A program made the translations under genes and the position numbers. A stretch of DNA of 46,145 nucleotides, taken from the IMG/VR virus record IMGVR_UViG_3300037087_000773, one strand, 5' to 3'. The stretch is from a virus. Under the pieces are notes generated by a model that was not told where the DNA came from, did not search any database, and saw only the letters and a list, made by a program, of their open reading frames with translations. Of the stretch, positions 16,601-23,756 are shown piece after piece (positions within the stretch are counted from its first letter, which is position 1; each line of letters starts with the position of its first letter).

Positions 16601-18493
16601 GATGGATATTTACAAAAGATGATAGAACAAATTGACAAAAATACAGGGATGGTTGTTTGTCGTATTCATTTTAATGATAAAGAATGGCTGAATTTAATAT
16701 TACCCCCTGATGATAGATTGATACCAGCCAAAATAGATCATCTTTCTATCCTCTTTAAAAGTGATATAGCAAAGAAATTTACATGGGATAATGATTGGGG
16801 TCAAGATCATCGTTTTATAAATAATTGTGAAAGATTATGTAATGAAAAAGGATTTGAAATAAAATATATTCCAAATATTCTTGCCAATCATCGTTATTTA
16901 AAAAGAGAGAATAGAATTGACGAATTATTAAAAGAAAAAAGATTAGAACAATATGATGATGATAATGGTGTAAATAGATTATTTGGATTAAAAAACATGA
17001 TAGATGAAAATCTAAACAAAGAATCTATAATATGTGAAGTAGGATCGTTTGATGGTAAATCCTCTGAATTGTTTGCACTATTAACTAAAAAGGTTTATTG
17101 TGTTGATCCTTGGGTTTTATATTCTCAGATAGATGATGAATCTATGATTAAATCCGAAGAAAAATTTGATAAATTATTGAATAAGTATAACAATATAATT
17201 AAAATAAAAAATTACAGTATAGAAGCCTCGAAAACATTTGAAAATGAATTTTTGGATTGTGTTTATATTGATGGTAATCATGATTATGAACCAGTTAAAC
17301 AAGATATCTTACATTGGATTCCAAAAATAAAAAGGGGAGGGTTCATAAGTGGACACGATTATCATTTTGAGGGAGTAAGAAAATCTCTAAATGAATTATT
17401 TCAAAATATTCCGATAAAAGTTTATTCCGACCAAAGTTGGGTTGTAAAAATAAATGATTATAGAAAGGGTGAAAAACCACATAAAGAAGTAGTCATTATG
17501 ACATCTCACCCAAACTATAAAATGTCAGAAGATATAACTAAACTGGCCATTAATTCTTTTGATAATAAAGATGTGATATTATCTGTACATTGTCCAGTAT
17601 CCATAGAATTACAAAATAAAGTAAAATATTTATTATATGATAAAAATAATCCCTTAATTCGTCATGATTATTATAATCAAAGTTGGTTTGAAACGACTGA
17701 ATATTATTCATTGATTAAACTTCATTATAATGATAATGATTTTCAACACGCTTTGGCTGTTTATATTAATTATTACAATGGTATAATGTATGCTAAATCA
17801 TTGGGTTATACGACAGCTATTTGTACCAATTTTGATATAGTTTTCAGTAAAGAAGATCTGAAAATAGTTGACGAAAAAATTAGTGAAATGTATCAATCTG
17901 GAAAAAAATCATTCTTTATGACATCAAATCCGAGTGAGGGAATACATTATAAAACAATTTTCTTTATAACAGATGTGGATTTCTTTTTGAATAATTTTAA
18001 ATATGTAACCAATGAGAAAGATTATAACAAACTAACCAGAGAAGTAGGATCTGAAACAAATTGTTTAGAGAATTTTTTCTATGAAACTTTAAAAAATTCA
18101 GATAAATTATTACTTCAACAAATAGAAGAAAAGGAATTATTTTCAAAAAGTAAGGTGAATATGTTCTCAAATATAGAATATTTCACTATTCTCCCACTGA
18201 GAGATGATAATGAACATTTTGTTATTTGGTTTAGTTCAGCAAATTCGATTGATAATAGGTCTATTGGAATCCATGTCCTAAAAGGAAGGGAAGCTATTTT
18301 TAGCCACAGTGGAAATATCAGTAAGGATTATAAATTCTATAAGGAAATAAAATTCGAGAAGGACTGTAATTATGAAGTAATATGTAATGTATATTACGAT
18401 GATATGGTAAATCAGAAAACAATTACCGTCAATAACGATGTTTTCTATAACAAATTAAAAGATTACGGAGATTTCTGGAAGAAATCAGTATAA
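13646..18493 (+). CDS. 1615-aa multidomain glycan-tailoring enzyme (FkbM-MT / GT-A / unknown / class-I MT / GT2 / class-I MT / unknown)
   Basis: Around aa 10-190, FkbM-like (AGQDVFAYYI...GYFIDIGSGTPIGMNNTYLLEKNGWNGLNFD). Around aa 205-330, GT-A domain (ICLYTMCINEEEFLPFFLDYYTNYVGVDKIVIYDGGSTD). Around aa 700-870, class-I SAM methyltransferase of Methyltransf_24 type (HFVEIGSWLGKST...DFVFIDGAHDYESVKKDINDWYPKVKDNGVIAGHDY). Around aa 890-1100, GT2 (ISIIIPTYNRPDILTECINSVLKQNYENLEIL...FLDDDN). Around aa 1130-1250, a second Methyltransf_24 domain (ICEVGSFDGKS...CVYIDGNHDYEPVKQDILHWIPKIKRGGFISGHDY). The aa 440-690 region and the C-terminal roughly 330 aa are unassigned. Confidence 0.8.
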   Translation: MNQIDDIIKSSNSQAGQDVFAYYICDTNNGYFIDIGSGTPIGMNNTYLLEKNGWNGLNFDFWDNRKSYEESRRTPYIMEDVNKINMSNFLEKMNSPKVVDYLSIDIDENTDYFLSNNFPTDYEFKVITFEHNLYLDGDSLKNKSKNFFIEHGYTLLCENVALSFTSKYDVFEDWYINEKYIDIKKFEFLKSCGLHFTEIINKIKEHELNNIKICLYTMCINEEEFLPFFLDYYTNYVGVDKIVIYDGGSTDKSHSIINSYPNTELILEHDDKTDSFRDLRIWNEEWKKCRNDYDWMIVCTPDEFLYHPDLRNKLIEYKKNGITIPNVEGFDMISLNHPNYDKGNYLPNQIKRGIKDSTFLNKNIIFNPKEIDINYHVGCHGCNPTGNIKFSEEYDFKLLHYKWISYDFLMRDSKRKYERLSDKMLETGAGGHYKVFIQKTYEEYVQRYNQTIQVLEEEKDINLFWHCYLINNWVKIFKNQLNKIVDSGLYEKLNTIHLHYFGKPEEVKILSELISRYDKIKSYEIEDNFYEYPTIKHIHKFSSVNNSYVGYIHLKGVWSSMNKEKNIEAINSWRKCLEYFNIEKWDNCISKINEGYEVVGALYNYNEKDPLFSGNFWWTTTDYIKKLKYPQYDPSKNPYPMDDGTWCRVECEKWINTIPNKFYNFYIPKDYGFYQVPIDENDYKDKKTINHIYENIEGWFDFEKIYSDMVNRFPNGSHFVEIGSWLGKSTSYMGAEISNSGKKIKFDSIDTWEGSKGSWDEQVQNDTINNLNISLYQKFLENVRPVKDYINPIQGWSYDVVNRYEDKSLDFVFIDGAHDYESVKKDINDWYPKVKDNGVIAGHDYNIHDWPGVVQAVNEFFNEGNVSSVKKDTWSWIVDKKEFEDSKQKNHKISIIIPTYNRPDILTECINSVLKQNYENLEILICHDGFFSEFYCYDYKTTDKRIFYYNTDNQYNNLGAAQRNMMISKVTGDYILFLDDDNILYDGYLQKMIEQIDKNTGMVVCRIHFNDKEWLNLILPPDDRLIPAKIDHLSILFKSDIAKKFTWDNDWGQDHRFINNCERLCNEKGFEIKYIPNILANHRYLKRENRIDELLKEKRLEQYDDDNGVNRLFGLKNMIDENLNKESIICEVGSFDGKSSELFALLTKKVYCVDPWVLYSQIDDESMIKSEEKFDKLLNKYNNIIKIKNYSIEASKTFENEFLDCVYIDGNHDYEPVKQDILHWIPKIKRGGFISGHDYHFEGVRKSLNELFQNIPIKVYSDQSWVVKINDYRKGEKPHKEVVIMTSHPNYKMSEDITKLAINSFDNKDVILSVHCPVSIELQNKVKYLLYDKNNPLIRHDYYNQSWFETTEYYSLIKLHYNDNDFQHALAVYINYYNGIMYAKSLGYTTAICTNFDIVFSKEDLKIVDEKISEMYQSGKKSFFMTSNPSEGIHYKTIFFITDVDFFLNNFKYVTNEKDYNKLTREVGSETNCLENFFYETLKNSDKLLLQQIEEKELFSKSKVNMFSNIEYFTILPLRDDNEHFVIWFSSANSIDNRSIGIHVLKGREAIFSHSGNISKDYKFYKEIKFEKDCNYEVICNVYYDDMVNQKTITVNNDVFYNKLKDYGDFWKKSV

Positions 18494-18754
18494 TACCTCT
18501 TTTAATTCCGTAATCGAATAATCACTTTCTTTTCCAATAATCTTGATGTCTTTCACATCAGATGGAAAAGGAAGTAAGGTTTCATAGGAATTGAAATTTG
18601 CTGGATCATTTCCGTATTTAAATCCACCGAACAAATTCAAACCTATTTTGAAAGTCCTGAGGTTGTTTTTGAAAATATCTTTCTTGGTGACATTCAAAAG
18701 AATATAACAACCTTTCTTTCCTTTCACTTTAACAATGTCCAATTCATTTAACAT
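18485..18754 (-). CDS. hypothetical protein (89 aa)
   Basis: ORF convergent with the 1615-aa gene and overlapping its end by 9 nt. No motif recognised. Confidence 0.35.
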   Translation of the reverse strand: MLNELDIVKVKGKKGCYILLNVTKKDIFKNNLRTFKIGLNLFGGFKYGNDPANFNSYETLLPFPSDVKDIKIIGKESDYSITELKEVLY

Positions 18755-18823
18755 ACTGTTTCAGGTTTAAGAATACAAAGATATGACAACTTTTCAGATA
18801 AAAAAATTAATATATAAGAAAAA

Positions 18824-19351
18824 ATGAATAATCCAATTATGAAACCACTTAAAAAATTCGAACAGTTTGTGAATGAAGATGTATTGAAAGAAGCCCCAGC
18901 TTCTGTTCAAATGAAATATAATAATTATACTGAACTCGAACAAAAAGCTGTAGCTAAAAGAATTCTTTCAAAAGACAATTCGTTTTCTCCGTATGAAGCT
19001 GAACAATGGGCAAAAAATTATGATTTTTTAAAACAAGAATACGGTGAAGATTACGATTCCGTGGCAGATGAAATAATAAAGGATAGAAACAAGGAAAGAG
19101 AAGAAAAAATGAAAAATCCTATCTTATTAAAGGTTGTTGATGGTATCAACTCTGGTAAATTAAAAATTCTAAGGGGTGGTGAAAAAATGTATGGAAATAT
19201 AAAATTATCCATTACCGAATTAGTTTGGGCTCGTAACTTTGAAGATGGTTTCGACATCGATGTGTATGATGGTAAATTTGGTAGTCATGTTGGTTCAATC
19301 TCTTTGACGGCATCCACCGATTGGAAACCAAAAATAACAGAAGCTTTTTAA
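18824..19351 (+). CDS. small protein with N-terminal KKFEQFVNE leader (T4 capsid-targeting-sequence-like)
   Basis: MNNPIMKPLKKFEQFVNEDV... A second Met at 18839 would place the leader at residue 1. V-N-E fits the (I/L/V)-x-E pattern. Confidence 0.5.
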   Translation: MNNPIMKPLKKFEQFVNEDVLKEAPASVQMKYNNYTELEQKAVAKRILSKDNSFSPYEAEQWAKNYDFLKQEYGEDYDSVADEIIKDRNKEREEKMKNPILLKVVDGINSGKLKILRGGEKMYGNIKLSITELVWARNFEDGFDIDVYDGKFGSHVGSISLTASTDWKPKITEAF

Positions 19352-19353
19352 TT

Positions 19354-19653
19354 ATGAAATCACTTAAAAAATTCGAACAGTTTATAAATGAGATGAAAAC
19401 CAATCTATATTATGCACATATTGATGAGTTATACAAAGAAATAGAAAAAGATGAATATCTTCTATATGAATATCAGTCCTATGTTAGAGTAAATGATTTT
19501 GATGGTTTAAAAACATTCGTTGATAAAAATTTCGGATATTCTGAACAACAGTTTGAATACCTAAAAATGAAATTCGAGAAAGATGTAATCGAATACAAAA
19601 AGGATGATGAATCTGAAACAAAATCATTTAAACAAGAACACAATTTAGATTAA
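19354..19653 (+). CDS. small protein with N-terminal KKFEQFINE leader
   Basis: The ATG at 19354 lies 2 nt after the upstream stop: MKSLKKFEQFINEMKTN... The ORF track's start at 19321 is a TTG and is rejected. The body is unrelated to that of the upstream gene. Confidence 0.5.
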   Translation: MKSLKKFEQFINEMKTNLYYAHIDELYKEIEKDEYLLYEYQSYVRVNDFDGLKTFVDKNFGYSEQQFEYLKMKFEKDVIEYKKDDESETKSFKQEHNLD

Positions 19654-19830
19654 ATGATAACACAATTCGAAAAATATATTCTTGAGGATAATCAATTTTT
19701 GAATTCCATAAAAATTGTTTATGAAGATGATTTAAAATCAAATTCAATAATAACAATAAGGGCATTTCATGAGAAAGAAGAAGTAGGTTCAGTAATATTA
19801 GAAGAATGTATGGGGTTAACCAACTGCTAA
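19654..19830 (+). pseudogene. N-terminal fragment of a GNAT acetyltransferase (58 aa) truncated at the left end of the TnpB element
   Basis: MITQFEKYILEDNQFLNSIKIVYEDDLKSNSIITIRAFHEKEEVGSVILEE resembles GNAT beta2-beta3. It ends at TAA 19828-19830, immediately before the left inverted repeat. Confidence 0.4.
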
Positions 19831-21230
19831 TAAAAATCTAACATTATCTACAAGAAATTACCAAAACTTACAAGTAAAAATAAATATGGAAAAAATCGGT
19901 ATTTTTAATTAATATATAGTATTTATAAGAAAGGGAATAAAACACCACCTTTTTTGTAATCTATGTTGAAAGCAATTAAAATACGATTATATCCAACGAA
20001 AACTCAAACAAGTTACATTAACCGCTTGTGTGGTTCATATCGTAAAGTATATAATATGTGTCTGGAAAAGAAGATAAACGCTTATAACAATGATAAAACC
20101 AGTTTAGGACTAACTGAACTTGGTCATTATTTTCATAACGAACTGACCAAGACAGAAGCGTTTTCATACCTGAATGAACATAACACCAAAGTGCTGAAAC
20201 AATCTGTCATAAATTTGTTAGATAGTTACAAACGATTCTTTGTTAACAACACAGGTTTCCCAAAATATAAATCCAAACACGATAATCAATCAGCCAGATT
20301 TCCGATTGAAGGTATATCAAAGTATAATATTTATTCAGATAACCGTGTAACGCTTGGTAAGTCATTGAAGAAAGTTAAATTTGAATGCTCAGACAGAGAT
20401 AAAACATATCTAACCAATTATAAAGATAAAATAAAGTCAGCAACACTATCCAGAACTAAATCTGATAAATATTTTCTTTCTATTTTGATTGAAAATATTA
20501 TAGAACCGATGGTAAATCCGACCAATGATATCATAGGTGTTGATGTTGGCATCAAGGATTTTATGGTTTGTTCAGATGGTCAGGTATTTGATAACTTGAA
20601 ATTAAAACGAAATAATGAAAAGACATTGGTTAAACTTCAACGCCAGTTATCGAAAAAAGTTGTTGGGAGTCATAATAGATATAAAGCCAAGGTAAAACTT
20701 GCAAGAAAATATGAAAAATTAAATAATAAGAAAATAAATTACATACATAACATTACAACTCAATTAGTTCGTGAGAACCAAACGATTGTTATTGAAGATT
20801 TGAATGTTAAAGGTATGATGAAAAACCATTGTTTGGCAAAGTCAATTCAAGACCTTTCAATTAATGAAACATTTAGACAATTAAAGTATAAATGTGAATG
20901 GTATGGAAGAGATTTGGTAGTGATAGATAGATGGTTTCCAAGTAGTAAACTATGTTCAAACTGTGGATATAAGTATAAAAACTTATCATTAAAAGAAAGA
21001 GATTGGGTGTGCCCTGATTGTGGTACACACCATTCAAGGGATTTCAACGCAGCGACAAACATAGTTAACGAAGGAAAGAGATTGATAGGTAGCCGTTCTA
21101 CCGAATTTACGCTTGCGGAGTATCCGCTTATGGATGACAAGGGAGTAATCCCCCTAAAAAGTAATGATACGATGAAACAAGAAGAATCAAATTTAACAAG
21201 GTTGTAGATTTTGTTAGATTTATTTTAACG
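19826..21230 (+). mobile_element. IS605/IS607-type (TnpB/Fanzor-like) element inserted into a GNAT gene
   Basis: Imperfect terminal inverted repeat: AAATCTAACA at 19834-19843 is reverse-complemented by TGTTAGATTT at 21212-21221. About 20 of 25 flanking positions match as an extended inverted repeat. The only ORF inside is tnpB. The GNAT reading frame stops just before the left repeat and resumes right after 21228. Confidence 0.55.
19963..21207 (+). CDS. tnpB: TnpB / OrfB RNA-guided-endonuclease-like transposon protein (414 aa)
   Basis: N-terminus IKIRLYPTKTQTSYINRLCGSYRKVYN (OrfB_IS605 N-terminal). RuvC-I IGVDVGIKDF. RuvC-II TIVIEDLNVKGM. Zinc finger CSNCGYKY...CPDCG. RuvC-III HSRDFNAATNI. 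All catalytic residues are present. Confidence 0.85.
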   Translation: MLKAIKIRLYPTKTQTSYINRLCGSYRKVYNMCLEKKINAYNNDKTSLGLTELGHYFHNELTKTEAFSYLNEHNTKVLKQSVINLLDSYKRFFVNNTGFPKYKSKHDNQSARFPIEGISKYNIYSDNRVTLGKSLKKVKFECSDRDKTYLTNYKDKIKSATLSRTKSDKYFLSILIENIIEPMVNPTNDIIGVDVGIKDFMVCSDGQVFDNLKLKRNNEKTLVKLQRQLSKKVVGSHNRYKAKVKLARKYEKLNNKKINYIHNITTQLVRENQTIVIEDLNVKGMMKNHCLAKSIQDLSINETFRQLKYKCEWYGRDLVVIDRWFPSSKLCSNCGYKYKNLSLKERDWVCPDCGTHHSRDFNAATNIVNEGKRLIGSRSTEFTLAEYPLMDDKGVIPLKSNDTMKQEESNLTRL

Positions 21231-21534
21231 GTCTTATTGGTATTTTGAAGATGATTTTTCAGAAGATGAATACAATGAATTATTTCCAGATGACCAATTC
21301 ATGAAAATACAACACTTAGAAATAAAACACAAGAAAAGTGGATTGGCTCGAAAATTAATGTTATTAGCCATTGAGAAATGCAAAGAATTAGGATTCAATA
21401 AAATTTATTTAAATGCCTCACCAATTGGACAAGAGGGATTGGAAATAACTGATTTGGTTTGGTTTTATAAAGGTTTCGGTTTTAAAGAGATACTAAATCA
21501 GGGACATAATGTTCAAATGTTATTGAATGTCTGA
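21229..21534 (+). pseudogene. C-terminal fragment of a GNAT acetyltransferase (frame open from 21229; first ATG at 21301)
   Basis: ...HLEIKHKKSGLARKLMLLAIEKCKELGFNKIYLNASP...FYKGFGFKE contains GNAT motif A (R/Q-x-x-G-x-A, acetyl-CoA binding) and the C-terminal beta strands. The frame is open for 24 codons upstream of the first ATG with no Met, which is consistent with a split gene. Confidence 0.55.
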
Positions 21535-22029
21535 CTTCAATAAAAAAGAAATTACATTTTGTAAAGGGGATTGTAACGATTTGATTATTTCCACTATTTT
21601 ATCATTTTTATTTTCATATTTAAAATCCATGTAAAATAGCGTACCACTTGGTGCATTTAATGGTTCACCAAAAGATTTGGTGAACTCCTTTTTCATATCT
21701 TCCAACTTCTGGTAATCTGTATCTACCTCATTAAAGATATCTTCTAATATCTTTTTTCTTTTCTCATTGGTATATTTTTCTTCATCTAATTCGTCTAATA
21801 AATCCAATCCCATTGTTTGTGCTGCTATTTTCATAGCGATTGGAAGAAGTATACCATCGAAAGAAGATGTAACACCAGATGGTGTAGAATCATCATTCTC
21901 TATTTTTTCTTCGATAGATTCAGCATATTCTGATAACCATTTCTTTTTCTCTTTATCTTGAATATTTAAAGAATTGATAATTGGTGCCCATTTTTTATAA
22001 AGGGATTCCTTATCTGGAGATTCGAACAT
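21520..22029 (-). CDS. hypothetical acidic protein (169 aa), last gene of the minus-strand accessory operon
   Basis: Intact ORF convergent with the GNAT fragment. No motif recognised. Confidence 0.45.
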   Translation of the reverse strand: MFESPDKESLYKKWAPIINSLNIQDKEKKKWLSEYAESIEEKIENDDSTPSGVTSSFDGILLPIAMKIAAQTMGLDLLDELDEEKYTNEKRKKILEDIFNEVDTDYQKLEDMKKEFTKSFGEPLNAPSGTLFYMDFKYENKNDKIVEIIKSLQSPLQNVISFLLKSDIQ

Positions 22030-22164
22030 TTAATCATTCAATAATTTTTTGAGATTTTTCAATCTTTTTTCATTTATTTTCATAGATTCTAACATGATGA
22101 TTTCATTTTCAAACCACACTATTTCTTCCTCTAATGTATCCTGAGATTTTTCTTCCTCTGTCAT
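22030..22164 (-). CDS. small ORF (44 aa) not in the ORF track
   Basis: Read directly from the sequence. It reads MTEEEKSQDTLEEEIVWFENEIIMLESMKINEKRLKNLKKLLND. The ATG overlaps the upstream stop as ATGA (22161-22164), and the TAA is directly followed by the next gene's ATG. Confidence 0.3.
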   Translation of the reverse strand: MTEEEKSQDTLEEEIVWFENEIIMLESMKINEKRLKNLKKLLND

Positions 22165-22631
22165 ATCAATATTCCTTTCAGTTTATATTCTCTCATTCTA
22201 TTGATAAATTCTTCATATGTATATTTTTCGGAAGAATCAACTTCGAATTTAAAATCAACACTATTTACATCTGATGTGAGATCCCAAAAATGTTTTTCAA
22301 CCGTTTTTAATCTGTTTTTAAAATACTCCATAATATTACGCCTATCACTCCAGATTAAATTTTCATACCAGACATCATTTCCACATGGACAATCCCAAAT
22401 AACAACATTATTCCCCATATCCATATAATATATACAACCATAATCAGATTCGATATATTTTTCTGGTTGTTCATCAGATAGTTTTTTCAGTCTTTCATAT
22501 TCACCATCTTCATAATCACCATGAGATTTAGCTGGATCACAAAAATATACACGACCACACATACACTCTTGACTTACGAATGATCCCCCACCTAACATGG
22601 AATTTCTAAAATCCTCAGATACTTCCATCAT
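22161..22631 (-). CDS. hypothetical Cys-rich protein (156 aa)
   Basis: Cys clusters (CMCGRVYFC...GCIYY...WDCPCG) suggest metal binding. Both neighbours overlap it by ATGA. Confidence 0.45.
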   Translation of the reverse strand: MMEVSEDFRNSMLGGGSFVSQECMCGRVYFCDPAKSHGDYEDGEYERLKKLSDEQPEKYIESDYGCIYYMDMGNNVVIWDCPCGNDVWYENLIWSDRRNIMEYFKNRLKTVEKHFWDLTSDVNSVDFKFEVDSSEKYTYEEFINRMREYKLKGILI

Positions 22632-22768
22632 CCATTGAGTTTTTTAGAGTTAATACGAATTTTTCCATTTTCATCAATTATCCAATACTTTTTCTTTTTT
22701 GGAAAATTATCCACAAATTTTTTGATTTGGTTCAAGTCCGATGACACACTTACTTCTTTTTTCATCAT
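22628..22768 (-). CDS. small ORF (46 aa) not in the ORF track
   Basis: Read directly from the sequence. It reads MMKKEVSVSSDLNQIKKFVDNFPKKKKYWIIDENGKIRINSKKLNG. It starts 1 nt after the nusG stop and overlaps the next gene's start by ATGA. Confidence 0.3.
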   Translation of the reverse strand: MMKKEVSVSSDLNQIKKFVDNFPKKKKYWIIDENGKIRINSKKLNG

Positions 22769-22769
22769 A

Positions 22770-23309
22770 TTATCCCTTTCTAAGTTGATTAAATTCTAAT
22801 GTCAATGGAGTTTTTCTACCAAATATTTTTACTGATACAGTAATTCTTCTTTTTTCCTCATTAATTTCATCAACAGTAGCATTGAAATTAGCGAAAGGAC
22901 CATCTGAAATAGTAACATTTTCCCCAATAACAAAAGGTATTTTAACTGAATCTGGACTTTCATTCATTTCATCAAGTTTCCCTAATATTCTCGCCACTTC
23001 AACATCTCTTAAAGGTTCTGGTGTACCACCCTTTGGTCCAAGAAAATGAAGAGCCCCAGTAATACTTTTTAAAATTCCTGTGAATTCACCACACATTTCG
23101 GCCTCTAAGAGGATATATCCCGGAAAATAGTTAACTTCACGAGTAACTTTCTTTCCATTTTTCACATAAAATTCCTTATGAGTAGGTATCACAATTTGAG
23201 ATACCTTATCTTTAAGCCCGTATTTTTCTATTTCACTTTCAAATTGTTTCTTAACTCTTTTTTCCCATCCACTATTTGAACGGATTACATACCATCTCAT
23301 ATTTGACAT
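22770..23309 (-). CDS. nusG: transcription termination/antitermination factor NusG (bacterial type, 179 aa)
   Basis: NGN domain: RWYVIRSNSGWEKRVKKQFESEIEKYGLKDKVSQIVIPTHKEF...VNYFPGYILLEA. The E. coli equivalent is RWYVVQAFSGFEGRV...VMVPTEEV...RKFFPGYVLV. KOW motif: FVIGENVTISDGPFANFNATVDEINEEKRRITVSVKIFGRKTPLTLEFNQL (E. coli [51 protein letters not shown]). It is not in the canonical secE-nusG-rplK context. Confidence 0.85.
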   Translation of the reverse strand: MSNMRWYVIRSNSGWEKRVKKQFESEIEKYGLKDKVSQIVIPTHKEFYVKNGKKVTREVNYFPGYILLEAEMCGEFTGILKSITGALHFLGPKGGTPEPLRDVEVARILGKLDEMNESPDSVKIPFVIGENVTISDGPFANFNATVDEINEEKRRITVSVKIFGRKTPLTLEFNQLRKG

Positions 23310-23327
23310 ATTTATAAATATTATTTT

Positions 23328-23756
23328 TTAATCTTCTTCTGCCATATAACAATTTTCATTATGATTTATGAAATTAATAACTGGTAAAAATAAATCCATA
23401 TTATTCATTTCATGTGGATAAAACCATCCAATATCTGAAAATTTATTTGGTTCATTTATTATTGGTTCACCATCCAGATAATAAGCAGACATCCAAATAG
23501 TCACATAATGTTCGTTCTCTTTTTCGAAAAAATCATTTGTTATTCCAACAAATAATGGTTTGGATATAACGATATTATCACCAGCTTCTTCTTTAAATTC
23601 TCTCATTGCACAATTATCAATACTTTCTCCGAATTCGATCTTACCTCCCGGTGGACACCATGTATTCGTACCCAATACACCAGTTCTTTTTAATAAAAGA
23701 TATTTACCATCTCTTTCTACATTAACGGCAACTCCAACTCTAACTACTTTATCCAT
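23328..23756 (-). CDS. NUDIX hydrolase (142 aa)
   Basis: Nudix box GGKIEFGESIDNCAMREFKEEAG (G-x5-E-x7-R-E-x2-E-E-x-G). Confidence 0.75.
   Translation of the reverse strand: MDKVVRVGVAVNVERDGKYLLLKRTGVLGTNTWCPPGGKIEFGESIDNCAMREFKEEAGDNIVISKPLFVGITNDFFEKENEHYVTIWMSAYYLDGEPIINEPNKFSDIGWFYPHEMNNMDLFLPVINFINHNENCYMAEED

Noticed and set aside
19321-19353. ORF-track start at 19321 for the second leader gene. Likewise the start at 45148 for the 44354 gene.
   Set aside because: Both are TTG codons that the ORF tool translated as M. Proper ATGs at 19354 and 45109 place the conserved leader at residue 1, and the former sits 2 nt after the upstream stop.
22770-23309. Interpreting the NusG as an UpxY/RfaH-type specialised paralog heading the polysaccharide locus
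   Set aside because: The sequence is much closer to housekeeping NusG in both NGN and KOW. The gene sits mid-operon on the strand opposite to the glycan operon rather than as the first gene of a glycan locus. I therefore call it NusG and leave any regulatory link to the glycan loci as a hypothesis.
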